NCBI RefSeq assembly: GCF_964204645.1
Contig: NC_134029.1
Coordinates: 14,688,950 to 14,752,949 of the forward strand
Length of the DNA stretch: 64,000 nt
From: Tubulanus polymorphus
Lineage: Eukaryota > Animalia > Nemertea
Direction of reading: 5' to 3'
Shown here: piece after piece, positions 1-12,457 of the stretch
Layout: each line of letters begins with the position of its first letter
Position numbering within the stretch: position 1 is the first letter of the stretch
Program-made: the position numbers and the translations under genes
Notes under the pieces: model-generated
What the model was told of the DNA's origin: nothing
Database searches by the model: none
What the model saw: only the letters and a program-made list of their open reading frames with translations

Positions 1-1150
1 GAATTGTCACGGGCGATAAAACAAAATTAATGAATTAGCGCGGGCTACAAAACCAAAATATTGAATTGTCGCGGGCGACTAAACCAAAATATTGAATTGT
101 TGCGGGCGACAAAACCAAAAAAAGAATTGTCGGGGCGACAAAACAAAAATAATGAATTGTCGCGGGCTATAAATCAAAATTAATGAATTGTCGCGGGCGA
201 TAAAACCAAAATAATGAATTGTCGCGGGCGACAAAACCAAAATGGTGAATTGTCGCGGGCGACAAAACCAAAATGGTTAATTGTCGCGGGCGACAAAACC
301 AAAATCGTGAATTGTCGCGGGCGACAAAACCAAAATGGTGAATTGTCGCAAGCGACAAAACTAAAATAATGATTTGTCGCGGGCGATAAAACCGTAATAA
401 TGAATTGTCGCGGGCGATAAAACCAAAATAATGAATTGTCTCAGGCGACAAAACAAAAATAATGAATAATCGCGGGCGATAAAACAAAAATATTGAATTG
501 TCGCAGGCGATAAAACCAAAAAAGAAAATTGTCGCGGGCGACAAAAACAAAATATAAAACCAAAATAATGAATTGTCGCGGGCGACAAAACCAAAATAAT
601 GAATTGTCGGTGGCGATAAAACCAAACTAATGAATTGTCGCGGGCGATAAATCCAAACTAATGAATTGTCGCGGGCGATAAAACCAAAATAATGAATTGT
701 CTCGGGCGACAAAAACAAGATATTGAATCGTCGCGGGCGACAAAATCAAAATAATGAATTGTCGCTGGCGACAAAACCAAAATAATGAATTGACGCGGGC
801 GATAAAACCAAAATAATGAATGGTCTCGGGCGACAAAACCAAAATAATGAATTGTCGCGGGCGATAAAAACAAAATATTGAATTGTCCCGGGCGATAAAA
901 CCAAATTAATGAATTATCGCGGGCGATAAAACCAAAATATTGAATTGTCGCGGGCGATAAACCCAAAATAATGAATTGTCGCGGGCGACAAAACCAACAT
1001 ATTGAATTGTCGCGGAATGTCGCGGGCGATAAAAACAAAATATTGAATTGTCCCAGGCGATAAAACCAAATTGATGAATTATCACGGGCGATAAAACCAA
1101 AATAATGAATTGTCGCGGGCGACAAAACCAAAATATTGAATTTTCGCGGA
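1..1150. repeat. 31-bp minisatellite array (about 37 copies) with an internal hairpin
   Basis: Unit GAATTGTCGCGGGCGACAAAACCAAAATAAT repeated head to tail, containing the palindrome TTGTCGC-GG-GCGACAA. The array runs off the window start. Confidence 0.97.
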
Positions 1151-1939
1151 ATGATGCAATCGTGAGTTGAAATAATACCTGAACAAATGGATGCACAGAC
1201 ATTTACTTTATATATCTACTTGAACAATCGAGCCTACTCAGTAATATACTCAGTTTTTACGAAATCTGGAGTTTTTGTTTCAGAGAAATTTGAGTATCAG
1301 TATCCGATGCTATATACTAACGTTAACGTTAGTTATCATCGCTCCGTCATGCTAAGTTATACATTTCATGTCAACCAGTATCTAAAGGCAGCTGTACAGT
1401 GTGTACACACTATATCTGAATACGAGGCTGGAATAACAGGCTCACTTCACGTAGGTTCATGATGAGGAGAAACTCGCAGCTGATCCCCGGAACGACGATG
1501 GAGTAACACACGTCGAATCGTCGATGTTTACGGCTCGACAGTGCTTTTAAAATCTAAAGTAGTAAATTTCCAGTGTATCGGTAATATGATTTGATGAGGA
1601 AAATGGGCTATTGTTAAAATCACTGTTTGAAGACCGTGACTGAATGTGAAGTCTGCGGCAATAAATTAGTTCATTTATACTTGAATTGATAATCGAAGTG
1701 ACAGTCGGCCTGCGGGTTGATTTCGGGATGACGACTCGAAAAACATGTCGCCCCATTGAATGGGGCTAAATTTTCGATGTTTACGGCCCGACAGCGCTTT
1801 TGTAACGATGATTCGTGAAAAAACACGCGGGCTATTTGTAGATCTCAGTGAGCTGAACGACATTATATGGATTGTATATGAAACAGCGGTAAGGTAACAA
1901 AGCCTATGTTCTTTTGGTAAAAATAGTGTGGAAGAAAAT

Positions 1940-4040
1940 AATAATAATAATTATCACGCGGATATCAATAGGGTTTTCTGTGAAATAACAGAAAACCCTA
2001 AATATAGCTGCATAGCAGCGATAACGGGTTTCTGCCTAACTGGTTCATATGTCGCACTGGGAAGCGTACGAAGATTTCACCAAAATGGCCATAACATATC
2101 ACTATTGCCAAGAAGCACCCAACCTGGGTCAACATTATGCTGGATATGTGGATATTAGGAGTCCGTTTTTCAAAGCATCGAAGCAATACAGACCTTAACT
2201 GCCTTCACAGAATTTGATCATGAGTCTAGGATTTTCTAAATTTCTGAAGAATGCTTTCTCTGGTTTTGAGATCAATTCAAATTCAATCTTGAATACATGA
2301 AAATTAGTCAAATAAATTTTCATTTTATTGAAAGGAATTCTACTGAACACAGATTTTGAAATGAATGATGTTTTGATTTATCAAGGCAAAAAAATACAGC
2401 AAAATCAACTGACGATCAACAAGGTGAAGTTTTCATTTACATGTATCTTCGGATAATTCGTGTACCCCTGACGATACAAGCATTTTGGCTACACCATTTG
2501 AAACATCAACGCTTGATCTACTAGCACCAATTAGTCAGCCACATTTGACTCTCATGCCATCTGAACTCTTTCCACCTGTAATTAAGCGATCAAATGTAAG
2601 AATTACTAAATGATAGATATCTTAGGAGACCAGTGTAAACCGTGCGTTTGTCGTGAAAAATCTATTATTACTGTCTCGCAGAGCATAGACACCGCTAAGC
2701 CATGTGGCATTGGTATTTTAAGGGCTATTTAGTTTACTCCAAAACAAGTCTATGATAAATTTTTAAGAGCTTCATATCAAAGGTATGTCACAGGACTCTT
2801 GACGCCCATGAATTATCATCCCATAATAACAATGAATGCATGTGCATAAGCACGACTGATTACTAATCCCAATTTTGTAAACAGAGCATTAGAAAAAATA
2901 AACTATTACACAAAATGTCAAGTACTTACAGTCGAGCTTAAGTTACGACTTTGACTGACAAGAGTGACATAAAAGCTTGATCTGAAATGTACACTTGCAC
3001 ACTATGGTTTAAATATATTCCCACCAGCTGCAAGAATCCGCAAAGGAATTGAAGACCAGTTCATTCCACAATTAATAGCTGGAAAGAAAGTAATCGAAAT
3101 AAATAGTCGTATACATGAGGGTAAACTTACTAACTACTTAGGCTTTCCACTGGCTCTATACACTACATTAAGGGCCTAAATCTATTCTAGGCGTATCCCC
3201 CAAAAAAGCTAGGCATTAAATAGGTAGCCAACAGCCGTGTACATTGCACCACCCCGTGGAAAGGTGACCTTAACTGCATTTAGACCAAGAAATCATGTCT
3301 AACATTCCCTGGTTAATCGATTCTCACCTTAAATTCCATAAACTCTGCTGTCGTTGTCATCGATCCGAGTCGTCGAGTGAACGCGGAAGTAAAATTCCAT
3401 ATGAAAATCCCTACCATTTCAGTCCATATTACGTTGATTTGAGCCAGAAATTTTCAGGAAATATAGCCAACGTAAATTGATTTACTAATAGAATTAATTA
3501 ATTAATTTTAGGGATCATAGTTCATTAAAGTCCTAAAACTCGCCATAAATTTGCGATAAATTTCAGCTGAAAATGATTTCATCCATCCACCATGTTGGCT
3601 GTATATTTCTCGCAGTAAATGACGGATCCGGACTAATTGTAAGTCTGAATCCGTGATTTACGGTTGAGTTTGACGCTCGAGGTCGTCCGGTAATTTGTAG
3701 GCTTTTTGGGATGTACTTTTATCAATGTATGACAATGCTTTGCGTTATTCTTGTCCCTGTATAGGCCCGGTAATTACACGGGATTAATTTATAATAAATT
3801 ACTATATGCAAATTCGAAATGGTCAGGCACTGAGTTATATTTCTGACAGAAATGAAAATTACGTTTATAAGCTATTAGTGGTTGAATCTGAGAGGAGTTA
3901 CATTTTATGAAAACATTTTGGCTGGAAAGTTGAAAATTTATAATAATGATAATAATCCACAGAATTACAAGAGGGTTTCTGCGAAAGCTGCAGAAACCCT
4001 AAATAGAGCTGCAAGCAGCGATAACGGGTTTCTGCCTTTC
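1940..4040 (-). mobile_element. Helentron-like (HINE) element ends joined head to tail at ~2001 and ~4001
   Basis: Minus strand: 5' end TTTAGGGTTT(T)CTG...CAGAAA(A)CCCT inverted repeat followed by (ATT)n; 3' end GCAGAAACCCGTTATC-GCTGC..GCAGC stem-loop. Related end pieces at ~19750-19800 and ~20155-20190. Confidence 0.6.
2820..3110 (-). mobile_element. Possible decayed LINE 3' end
   Basis: Minus strand reads TFFPAIN then (frameshift) LWNEL, resembling the SFFP...LWNxLP C-terminus of CR1/L2 ORF2. Confidence 0.3.
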
Positions 4041-4059
4041 TGATAGAACGTCGTACAGG

Positions 4060-5982
4060 GATGCGAACTTTTTAAGTTATCAAGTAAATTAATTGGGAAA
4101 TCAGACTGTGCTATTTTTCCAACTCATGCGTGCCCTTAATTATTGGCTAATCGGTTTAATGAGTTTTATCTCACTAAGATTGTCAACATCCGTAACCAAC
4201 TCAGAGAGTTGTCCTCTGTTAACGATAACCATCTCAGTAATGATGTCCAGTTTTGTGGCACTAGTCTATCGTGCTTTAATCTTTTAACTTGTGATGATGT
4301 TCGGAAACTCATAATGTCATCCGCATCTGCATCCTGTAATCTAGATCCTCTGCCTACGTGGTTGCTAAAAGAATGTATAGATGTTTTGTTACCTTGTGTT
4401 ACTCGTATAATTAATGTATCTCTTGAAACTGGTGTTGTACCATCTATTTTTAAGATGGCCAAAGTCTGTCCACTTTTAAAGAAACCTAGTTTGAACGAAG
4501 AGGTCCTTAAGAATAACTGTCCTGTTTCCAACTTACCTTTCCTATCTAAAGTACTGGAAAAAGCTCTTGCATCTCAGTTAGATAATCACCTTACTCAACA
4601 TGATTTAGGCGATAAGTTTCAATCTGCATATAAACCCTTACACTCTACAGAGACTGCTCTCTTAAAGATTCATTCTGATATTACAGTAGCCCTAGATGAT
4701 GGCAATGTAGTCTTACTTTTAATGCTTGACATGTCGTCAGCATTTGATACAATTGATCGTAATGTACTTTTAGATAGGTTGAATTTTTCTTATGGTATTT
4801 CTGATATTGCGCTGTCTTGGCTACGGTCGTGCCTCTCAGATAGAACCCAGCGTGTATTAGTTAACGATCATCCATCTATTGAGAAAGTGGTTGAATTTGG
4901 CGTTCCTCAAGGTTGTGTGCTAGGACCTAAATTATTTAGTTTATACACAGGCCTGATTGGAGATATTTTTAAAAACATGACTTGATGTATTATTTATATG
5001 CTGACGACTCACAGGACTATGTTGTTGTGAAGCCTAAGCTTGAAAACATTGATTTTGGTATTGTGAAACTTCAGGAGTGCTTACGTGATTTAAAACCATG
5101 GCTTGTTAGCAATGGCCTTATGCACAATGATGATAAAACTGAATTTTCTGTGTTTTGTCCTCCGACACTGACCAATCTTTGCAAAGATCTGTCATTACAG
5201 GTAGGAGCTTGTAGTGTCAATGTTTCTGATAACATTCGAAATCTAGGCGTAATTTTTGACCGGAACCTTACAATGGAAAAGCATGTTCTAAACATTTCTT
5301 AAACCTGTCATTTTCATTTAAGAAATATTGTAGAATTAGGAGATTTTTAACAGAGGATGCTTGTAGAGCCCTAGTCCAGGCAACTGTTATATCTAGGCTA
5401 GATTATGCTAACTCTCTTTTATATGATATTCGTTCTGATCTGCTATGTAAATTACAGAGAGTTCAAAATGCTGCTGCCAGAATTATTTCAATGGAAAGTA
5501 AAAGGAACCATATTACTCCCTTTCTAGCCAAACTTCACTGGCTTCCAGTTCATTTTAGAATTGAGTATAAAATTTTGTTGTATGTATATAAAGCTTTGAA
5601 TGACAGGGCACCGGAGTATATAAAATCAATGATATCTGTCTATGTTCCAGCACGTAGTTTACGGTTATCTAATCAATTTTTACTTGATGTACCTCGTTTT
5701 AGAACTAAGCGCTATGGTTTACGTTCTTTTACTTGCTCTGCACCAGTTTTATGGAATGCTTTACCTATCCACATCAGATCTGCCAAATCACTACAATGTT
5801 TTAAAACTCATCTTAAAACTGAACTTTTCACCGGACATTTTTACTAAATTCTTCATGTGCATGTTTTAAATGTTTTGTAAGATGTTTTTTTAGCTTAATG
5901 ATTTTATTTGTAATGCTTTTTAGTGCCATTTTTGGACTAAGGCGCTAAATAAATATTGTATAATAATAATAATAATGATAAT
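4060..5982 (+). mobile_element. 5'-truncated L2-clade (L2/Crack/Daphne-like) LINE, RT pseudogene
   Basis: Broken ORFs 4143-4985, 4982-5302 and 5491-5847 with LDPLPTWLLK, FQSAYKPLHSTETAL, LDMSSAFDT, GVPQGCVLGP, YADD and HITPFLAKLHWLP. (TAA)n tail at 5961-5982. Confidence 0.93.
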
Positions 5983-6026
5983 GAGGCGAGCAAAAATTTC
6001 ACCCGAAATCAGTTCGTAATATTCCA

Positions 6027-6152
6027 TTATTAGATGGGTTGCGTCATCAGATAAACCCATCTATGGCATCGTCGTGATGTCTGTCTGTCTGTCTGTCTGT
6101 ATGTCTGTGGATGTTTCTTAATGACATGATTTAAGCTGTTTGTGCGGACCGA
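6027..6152 (+). mobile_element. 5' part of a HINE-like element with (GTCT)n
   Basis: TAGATGGGTT...AACCCATCTA inverted repeat, then (GTCT)n. Interrupted at a T-run by a family A element. Confidence 0.55.
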
Positions 6153-6540
6153 TTTTTAGCCCACTTGGGACTTTAGTCCCAGCGGGCTATTGCGTTCACT
6201 TTTCGTCCGTCCGTCCGTCCGTCCGTCCGTCCGTCGTAGACCAGTTATTTTGGGAAGTTTTGAAGCCCATCAGCCTCAAAAAAATTGGGTCAATTGGCCT
6301 CAAGATGACCGTCCTATGACCTTTTTTAGTGCCCAAAAATGTCAATTTTGGACCGAATTCTGAGTCCTGTAGCTCGCTACTGGTTTGCCATTTCTCAATG
6401 CAATTTGTGATGGGTATTCTTTGAAAAGGGATGTTTTATACCTGAGACAGGTATTTTTGATCAGCTAATCGGTGGCCATCTTGGTGTCATCAGTATTTAT
6501 TCGTAGGTGGGAAAAAGTTTTTCCACATTATATTGATCCC
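6153..6540 (+). mobile_element. HINE family A, truncated copy
   Basis: Starts TTTTTAGCCCACTTGGGACTTTAGTCCCAGCGGGCTA plus (CGTC)n. Matches the copy at 16513-17786. Confidence 0.85.
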
Positions 6541-6636
6541 TAAGGGTGATTATCACGATTTAAGCTGTTTGTGCGGACCGATTTTTAGCCCACTTGGGAC
6601 TTTAGGGACTTGATATGTGACATCATATGAATTTTA

Positions 6637-7163
6637 GGCCATCCCAAAATAATGGTCTGTTTGCCGTAACCCGACCAACCCGACTTCAGAGGTTCCGAGT
6701 GAAAACTTTTTTCTGGGATTCATTGAAATCAATTTTATTTTTGATAAAAACGGCCGACCGACTATGAGCTACGTATGTTTGAATTCTAGTGTGCATTGTG
6801 TGAAAACATGCCTTGACATGTAGCCTAGTTTAAATTTCCAGGAAACTGGCAGTGTTCCAATAAGCTGCCATTCATTCTAATTGTGACTATAGTGACTGAA
6901 TAGCTGGCAACGTAAAAGCACGCACATATTCAATGTACTGTTTCATTTTTAAGACAGAGATGACGCTCTGGACGAAGTTATAATTTTAAAATAATTCTTG
7001 AAATCTACGCTATTAGACAAATTTCCTGTGTGCAACGTAGATGATTTTTTGCGATATTGTTTCCATGTAAAAAAGCCCAGAGGTGAAAAATTTGTTTTTT
7101 TTTGCCCAAAAATTTTGCAAAAAAAAAAACAAATGGACCGCAAACAAATGTTTATCTTTGGTC
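6637..7163. mobile_element. Degenerate PIF/Harbinger-type MITE
   Basis: TTA|GGCCA...TGTTTGCCGT at left, ACCGCAAACA...TGGTC|TTA at right. CCGAC subterminal motifs. Confidence 0.4.
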
Positions 7164-7783
7164 TTATTTGACTACAAAATAATTCTTTAAGAAAGATAGA
7201 ATACAATATAAACTTGTGGAACTTTGAAGTCATGAATAAAAAAGATTTTTAAAGCAATGCCCTTACTCCAAACAACCTCTAGCTTTCAAGGTAAACCACA
7301 CTTTGCCCAAGGGCAATTTATTGGGAGGAATATTTTTATTTGCACTACAGAAAATATCATTGACAATTGTGCAAAGTCCGGGAAAAATAGCATTTTCTCA
7401 AATCGGATGGATGATCTTGATATGCTAATTAGCCATGTGCTCAAACTGCAAATTCAATCAAATTTTACTGTGCAAAAAATTTCAAAACCAATTCAATTTT
7501 ACTTAATTGAACAAGGTAAATCAGCAAATCAAAGTCAATTTTGTTTTATTGAACAAATTTTAGAAAATTCAATTCTATTCCACATTCAAATCAATAAGAC
7601 CAAGGAAAAAGATTTATCTGAGGTATTTGTTCCTGCCAGCTCCTGTCGCTGTCTGTGCTGTGTATAATTAATTACCTTTGTATTATAATTATCTTGTCAC
7701 TTTGTAATTTGAAATTGTTCGTAATTAGCTTCGTCCTATTCTATATAAATATCAGTATGATATGAAAATTCAATCACTTGCAC

Positions 7784-7829
7784 TATGCCTGAAGAGGGGA
7801 TAATGTAATTCCCGAAAACGTTCGCTATA
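7784..7829 (+). ncRNA. Minimal type I hammerhead ribozyme (Penelope-like pLTR remnant)
   Basis: CUGAAGA at 7789-7795, stem II GGGGAU/AUUCCC, GAAA at 7814-7817, palindromic AACGUU stem III, UUC triplet at 7821-7823, stem I UAUGC/GC(U)AUA. TATA-like motif at ~7742 and AATAAA at 7829. Confidence 0.75.
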
Positions 7830-7952
7830 ATAAATATATATTACTCATTAGAAAATGAGATAAGTACTTTTTTGCTTCTATGGATTTTAAATTATCTTGA
7901 CTCTCTACCTAAGATCTACCTATAATATCGTAAGAACATTTTCTTTTTTCAG

Positions 7953-8128
7953 GCAGAGTATCGATAATAGGCATCGACGTCAAAGTGGTCAAAGCTCTGT
8001 ATCTTTAGTACCCCCTCAACTACCTAGCATGTATAGTCTCCATGATCTTCATCGGTGTTCAGTGAATGCTAATCGTTTGTCTCCGCCTCTACACTTTCAT
8101 TTAGCTGCAAGCATTAATCCTGAAACTG
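7953..8128 (+). CDS. DMXL: DmX-like protein (Rabconnectin-3 alpha) internal exon, first in window
   Basis: ttttcag acceptor, gtaagt donor. Encodes LHFHLAASINPET(D), resembling vertebrate DMXL HFHIAASINPATD. Phase 2 to 1. Confidence 0.9.
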
Positions 8129-8456
8129 GTAAGTGTTTCGGCGTAGGGAAACAGTTAATGTATGAATTGCAATTCTTGCTGAATCGTCTGTATTCACTGT
8201 GTTCAAATAGATCATTTCTCCAGTCAAGGAGACCTCTAATTTAACCTTTACGCACCTAATGAGTTTGGAATAGCCTGAAATTCTTAATGAATCTTTTAAA
8301 AACTTAGTGCAAAGATTGGATCATAGGCCATCAAATATTGCTGCAAGGGTGGCTATCTTGAATTTCTGATACAGTATGATACACTCTTCAGTTCTTGACA
8401 GGTTTCCTTAAAAGTTACAACTTTCCTTAAAAGTTTGTGTCAGGGTTCGGGCAGAC

Positions 8457-8988
8457 ATGACCTCCATTCTAAATAGGGATGGATGTCTCACATGCCCAAA
8501 TCACACTGCAAGTTTCTTGAAAATCCATCGACAATAGGCCGTATCATGTGAAAGAAGATAATAGAGATTGCCAACCTGGTGGCCAATGAGCTCTCATTAA
8601 GAGATGTCATTTGAAAGGCTGAATCCAAAAACATGTCTATCGCACTTTTGAGCCCAAACGTCTACTTTTACTTAGTAGCCACTTGAGAACAATAAGCAAT
8701 TAACGATATCGGCTACTTTTCCAGTAGTATACATTTCAAAACAGTCACTCTGAAATAGTATTCCTTTCAATTCGGTTGGTTTTTCATAGTGGCTGTTTCG
8801 AAGAGTCTACTATTGAAAAGTGACCATTTGAAAACATCTGGTTTTGATAGTGCACACAGCAGTAGAGGTGACTGTAAAACCACCCGCCTGTTAACAGTGA
8901 CTTTGTGATAGTAACTCCTACCATAACGGCTACTTTCAAAACATATCGTTTCTAAAAGTCAACTATTGAAAAGTGACCATTTTGAGAT
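8457..8988. repeat. Left arm of a ~530-bp inverted duplication
   Basis: Reverse complement of 13139-13668 with scattered substitutions. Confidence 0.95.
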
Positions 8989-9069
8989 GGCAAGGTAATT
9001 TCATGTTTAAAATAGCAGCATCTGTAAAAGATTTGCAGTGATACGTGACAGGTTCAAAGGTACTGTTAA

Positions 9070-11164
9070 AGGGGTCATGAAGAGGTTTTGAAAAAAATTT
9101 TAAATCTAATTTTCTTTGTATAATACATGCGCCGTATGCATCTATAGTAGTCTCGTGAAAAATGTTTTAAATATCTTTATCCAAACTCGAGAAAAGCCCG
9201 TAGCAACGGCCCTAGCAACAGGATGCTCGCGTTTGCGCGGTGATGTTGATGACGTCATTCTGAGAACAGCTCGCCTGCAGCACACACACAAGCGTTATAA
9301 TACAATACTCATTTTGGTTGAATATCGCGCTAATTTTACCGCCTTTTGAAATGCCTTAGCTGTGTGTAGCTATGAACTGTTCCCACAAAGGCAGTGACAA
9401 ATTTTAGTGGCCAAAACCAATAATTTGGCCCTAAGATGATGGACCGTAAGAGCGAAAACACCCGGCCTATGTGTAAACTAGCTTCGCACTTTAAGAGAAG
9501 GATTCTCGCAAATATTACTGCACACATAAACTTTGATACACAAAACTTATGTTTTTATTATCTGAGAGCCTTTCATTCTGCCAAGTGACGCAATTTCTGT
9601 GAATTTAATACCTAGTATTAAGACTAAAGAGATTTGCGCTTTCCACTGCATATAGTACTGGCTTTTCCCCAGTGACCCACATCGCTGTAGTATGCACAAC
9701 ATACTGGCTGTATATATGCAGCACACATTACTATTACACGGCCTGGATGGCGCAGGCTGGGCTGGGATTCACGAACAAGTTTACGGTTTCAGGACGCTTT
9801 TATGGTCCAGTACTGGATAAAAATATCTCTACCCACAGAAATATCTGCGATGTCTATATCAGTCATCCCCTCCGCATGGTTTTTACAAAGAGGGAATGAC
9901 TTAAATGATGATGAATGCTCGCTGCTCCACGACATAGAAATATGCTGTACTATAGCAGAGATGCTAGTTTTCCGGAAATATCCGGAATTCCGGAAATTTA
10001 GGATCGCCGATGTCAATTCCGGAAATTTGGTGAGAATTCCTTGCGGCGACCAGTAATGGCACGGACCGTAAAAGCGTTCGTTTGTTTGTACTCGTCGTCG
10101 CTTCTGTGTTATTTTATCTTGGTCTCTGTTTCCGAGGACGTTCTGCTACAATGTATATATGTGTGCTTGTTGTGGCTTATAGGCGGAGCGCCACTGTTGC
10201 GACGCCATTTCCAATTAAAAGTCAATTATCTTTACGCGCCGTTGTACATCGTCCCGCTGACGGCCAACAATGTGAAGATGCACGTGGTAATAATTAAGAT
10301 AATATTTAATAAATATCATCTTAATTATTACCACGCGCGTGTTATGTCCTGGGGCACGCAGCTTTGTAATTTTCTTTTTGCGGGACGGTCTGCAAAATGA
10401 GCACGCACGGAAAGATTGTCAGTCGGGAGTCAGCCGATATAAAGGCAATTGACAGCGGTATAAAAAAAAAAATTTAACTGGCAATGGCTAGAGTGTAAGG
10501 ACAGTAACGGGGACTACTTATCGAACTACATTCGTAAGATAGACTTAGCTGGCATGGCGTACTGCGTCGTTTGTAAAGACCAGGTCAAATACGGTAGTGG
10601 CGGGAAAAAAGATATTCTTCGTCACCCGGATAGCGCACAGCATTAGAAGGCAGCGAGGGATGTGAAGCACAACGAATGCCTGCCGTCGTATTTTCAGATG
10701 AAAGATGCCGATCGTGACACTGCATCTCCGGCGATGCAAAAACGGCCGTTCTAAATTCCGGAATTTTGGTAATTTGGCCCTAGCATCTCTGCTATAGTCA
10801 CAAATTGCTTCGTTCTGAGGCATCAGGTCCAAATTAAATGGAATGATTTCGACTGTCTATTAATAAAAACTGTTGGCTTTCTAAACTTCAGACGTTTGAT
10901 TGGAATCTGATGTATTTGAGTCACTATTTTGAACTTTAATCGCTGTTTGTTTCTATACAGTACACCATGTTGTTTTGGTTTAGGTTCTCAGAATGACTTC
11001 ACACTTCCGGGTTTGGAAGGAATCAGCGCGGCTGATCAAAAGTCTCGTTTTACACTAATTGAAGAATTAAAAATTAATTTCTTGACCACTAAATCAATAA
11101 ATAAGTTATAATTGATGATAAAAAATACTTTAAGCCATATCTCAAAAACCTCTTCATGACCCCT
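9070..11164. mobile_element. Non-autonomous Kolobok-type DNA transposon
   Basis: TTAA TSD (9066-69 and 11165-68). Perfect 20-bp TIR AGGGGTCATGAAGAGGTTTT with purine-purine termini. Confidence 0.85.
9956..10791. mobile_element. hAT-like MITE with 6-bp TSD nested in the Kolobok element
   Basis: TIR CAGAGATGCTAG, TSD CTATAG, TTCCGGA subterminal motifs at both ends. Confidence 0.75.
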
Positions 11165-12235
11165 TTAAACCCTATCTGCTTTGTATACAGAACTCTGTAT
11201 GCTTTGAATACAGTTCTGTGAATAGAAAATCCAAGTTTTTGAGTTGCTAAGAATCCCCTAATTTAAATTACGCTCAACAAAATGGCAATATCCACTATTG
11301 ATTCATATATCATCATCATGGATTAAATCCATTAATTTTGAAAATATAGTGCCAGTCCTAGAATTTTTAGAATTTTAAGATTTTTGTTTTACATTTGCGA
11401 TTATAAAACATTCTGGTGCGTTCATAAATCTTTGATTTTGTAGAAAAGAAAGACAAAAAATAAATTCCTTTTTAGGCTTAATTTTTTTTTAAGGGTATAT
11501 GAGAGGGGAATATACAAATAAAATCATATGTTCAGGAAATGAATTACGAAAAAAATGTATCTAAAATACTTAGAATTAACCTTGAATTTATTGTTTATTT
11601 TGATACAAACGATTTTTAAGTAATCCATGTGATGTTCACTTTGTCACGCTGTTCTCTGCTTGTTCGTTAATGAATATTGAATCGTTTTATCGCTTGCTAG
11701 AAGTGATTCCATGATCAAATCTTATTTCGTAGTTATACGGTTTGGTTGAAATGAAATTACCAACTTATAAAAGATCAAAGGATTAGCATATAATGTATCG
11801 GTCAGCAGGTCAATTACACTGGCTAACTAGACAGTGATTGATGAATGAATGAACTAACTGCACCAACCACCAAAAGACCACAAACCAAAAGTAATTACCT
11901 CTTAATAGTAATAAACTTAGCACCGCAATATCTCTATGAGACTTTATTTTATTTTTCTGAATCGAGGAACCAATGAATCGCTGAATTATAAGATAATCAT
12001 CAGTTTTCTCCAACTAAACTCTTTTTCTCAAATTATAGACCAAAGTTACCAATACTTGAATTTGGAAGCAAATGCGGGCTAGAACCAACAAAGGTACCGG
12101 TTTAAGGTGCAAATATAGCGACCAACACGGGTGTATATCCCTTCTGTGCCAAAAAGTAAATAATTTTCGATCTAAACGGCTACAGGACCCGAAGAAGTCA
12201 AATAAAATACTCTAAACCGTGTTAACTGTAGATAA

Positions 12236-12457
12236 ATGAAGAAATTCCACAATAGAATTTTGTATCATGAAATTTATTTAAGTTGAACCACAACGTTTCG
12301 GCTGTTGACTGACAGCCATCTGACTAAAAGCCCTTATCACTAGGAATGTCTACATTCTACCTGATGGATGCTGTTAGTCAACAGTTGAAACGTTACGGTT
12401 TCACCTTTAACAAATTTTATCATATTTAAAATTCTGTTACGGGATTTCTCCGTTCAT
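12236..12457. mobile_element. Inverted pair of Penelope-like pLTR fragments with a degenerate hammerhead
   Basis: Arms 12236-12320 and 12367-12457 are imperfect reverse complements. Plus strand reads CTGATGGA-TGCTGTT-AGTC-AACAGTT-GAAA-CGTT. Confidence 0.65.

Noticed and set aside
1-1150. CRISPR array (31-bp palindromic repeats)
   Set aside because: Units are contiguous with no unique spacers, there are no cas genes, and the context is a eukaryotic intron.
167-1202. Repetitive minus-strand ORFs
   Set aside because: They are by-products of the 31-bp array.
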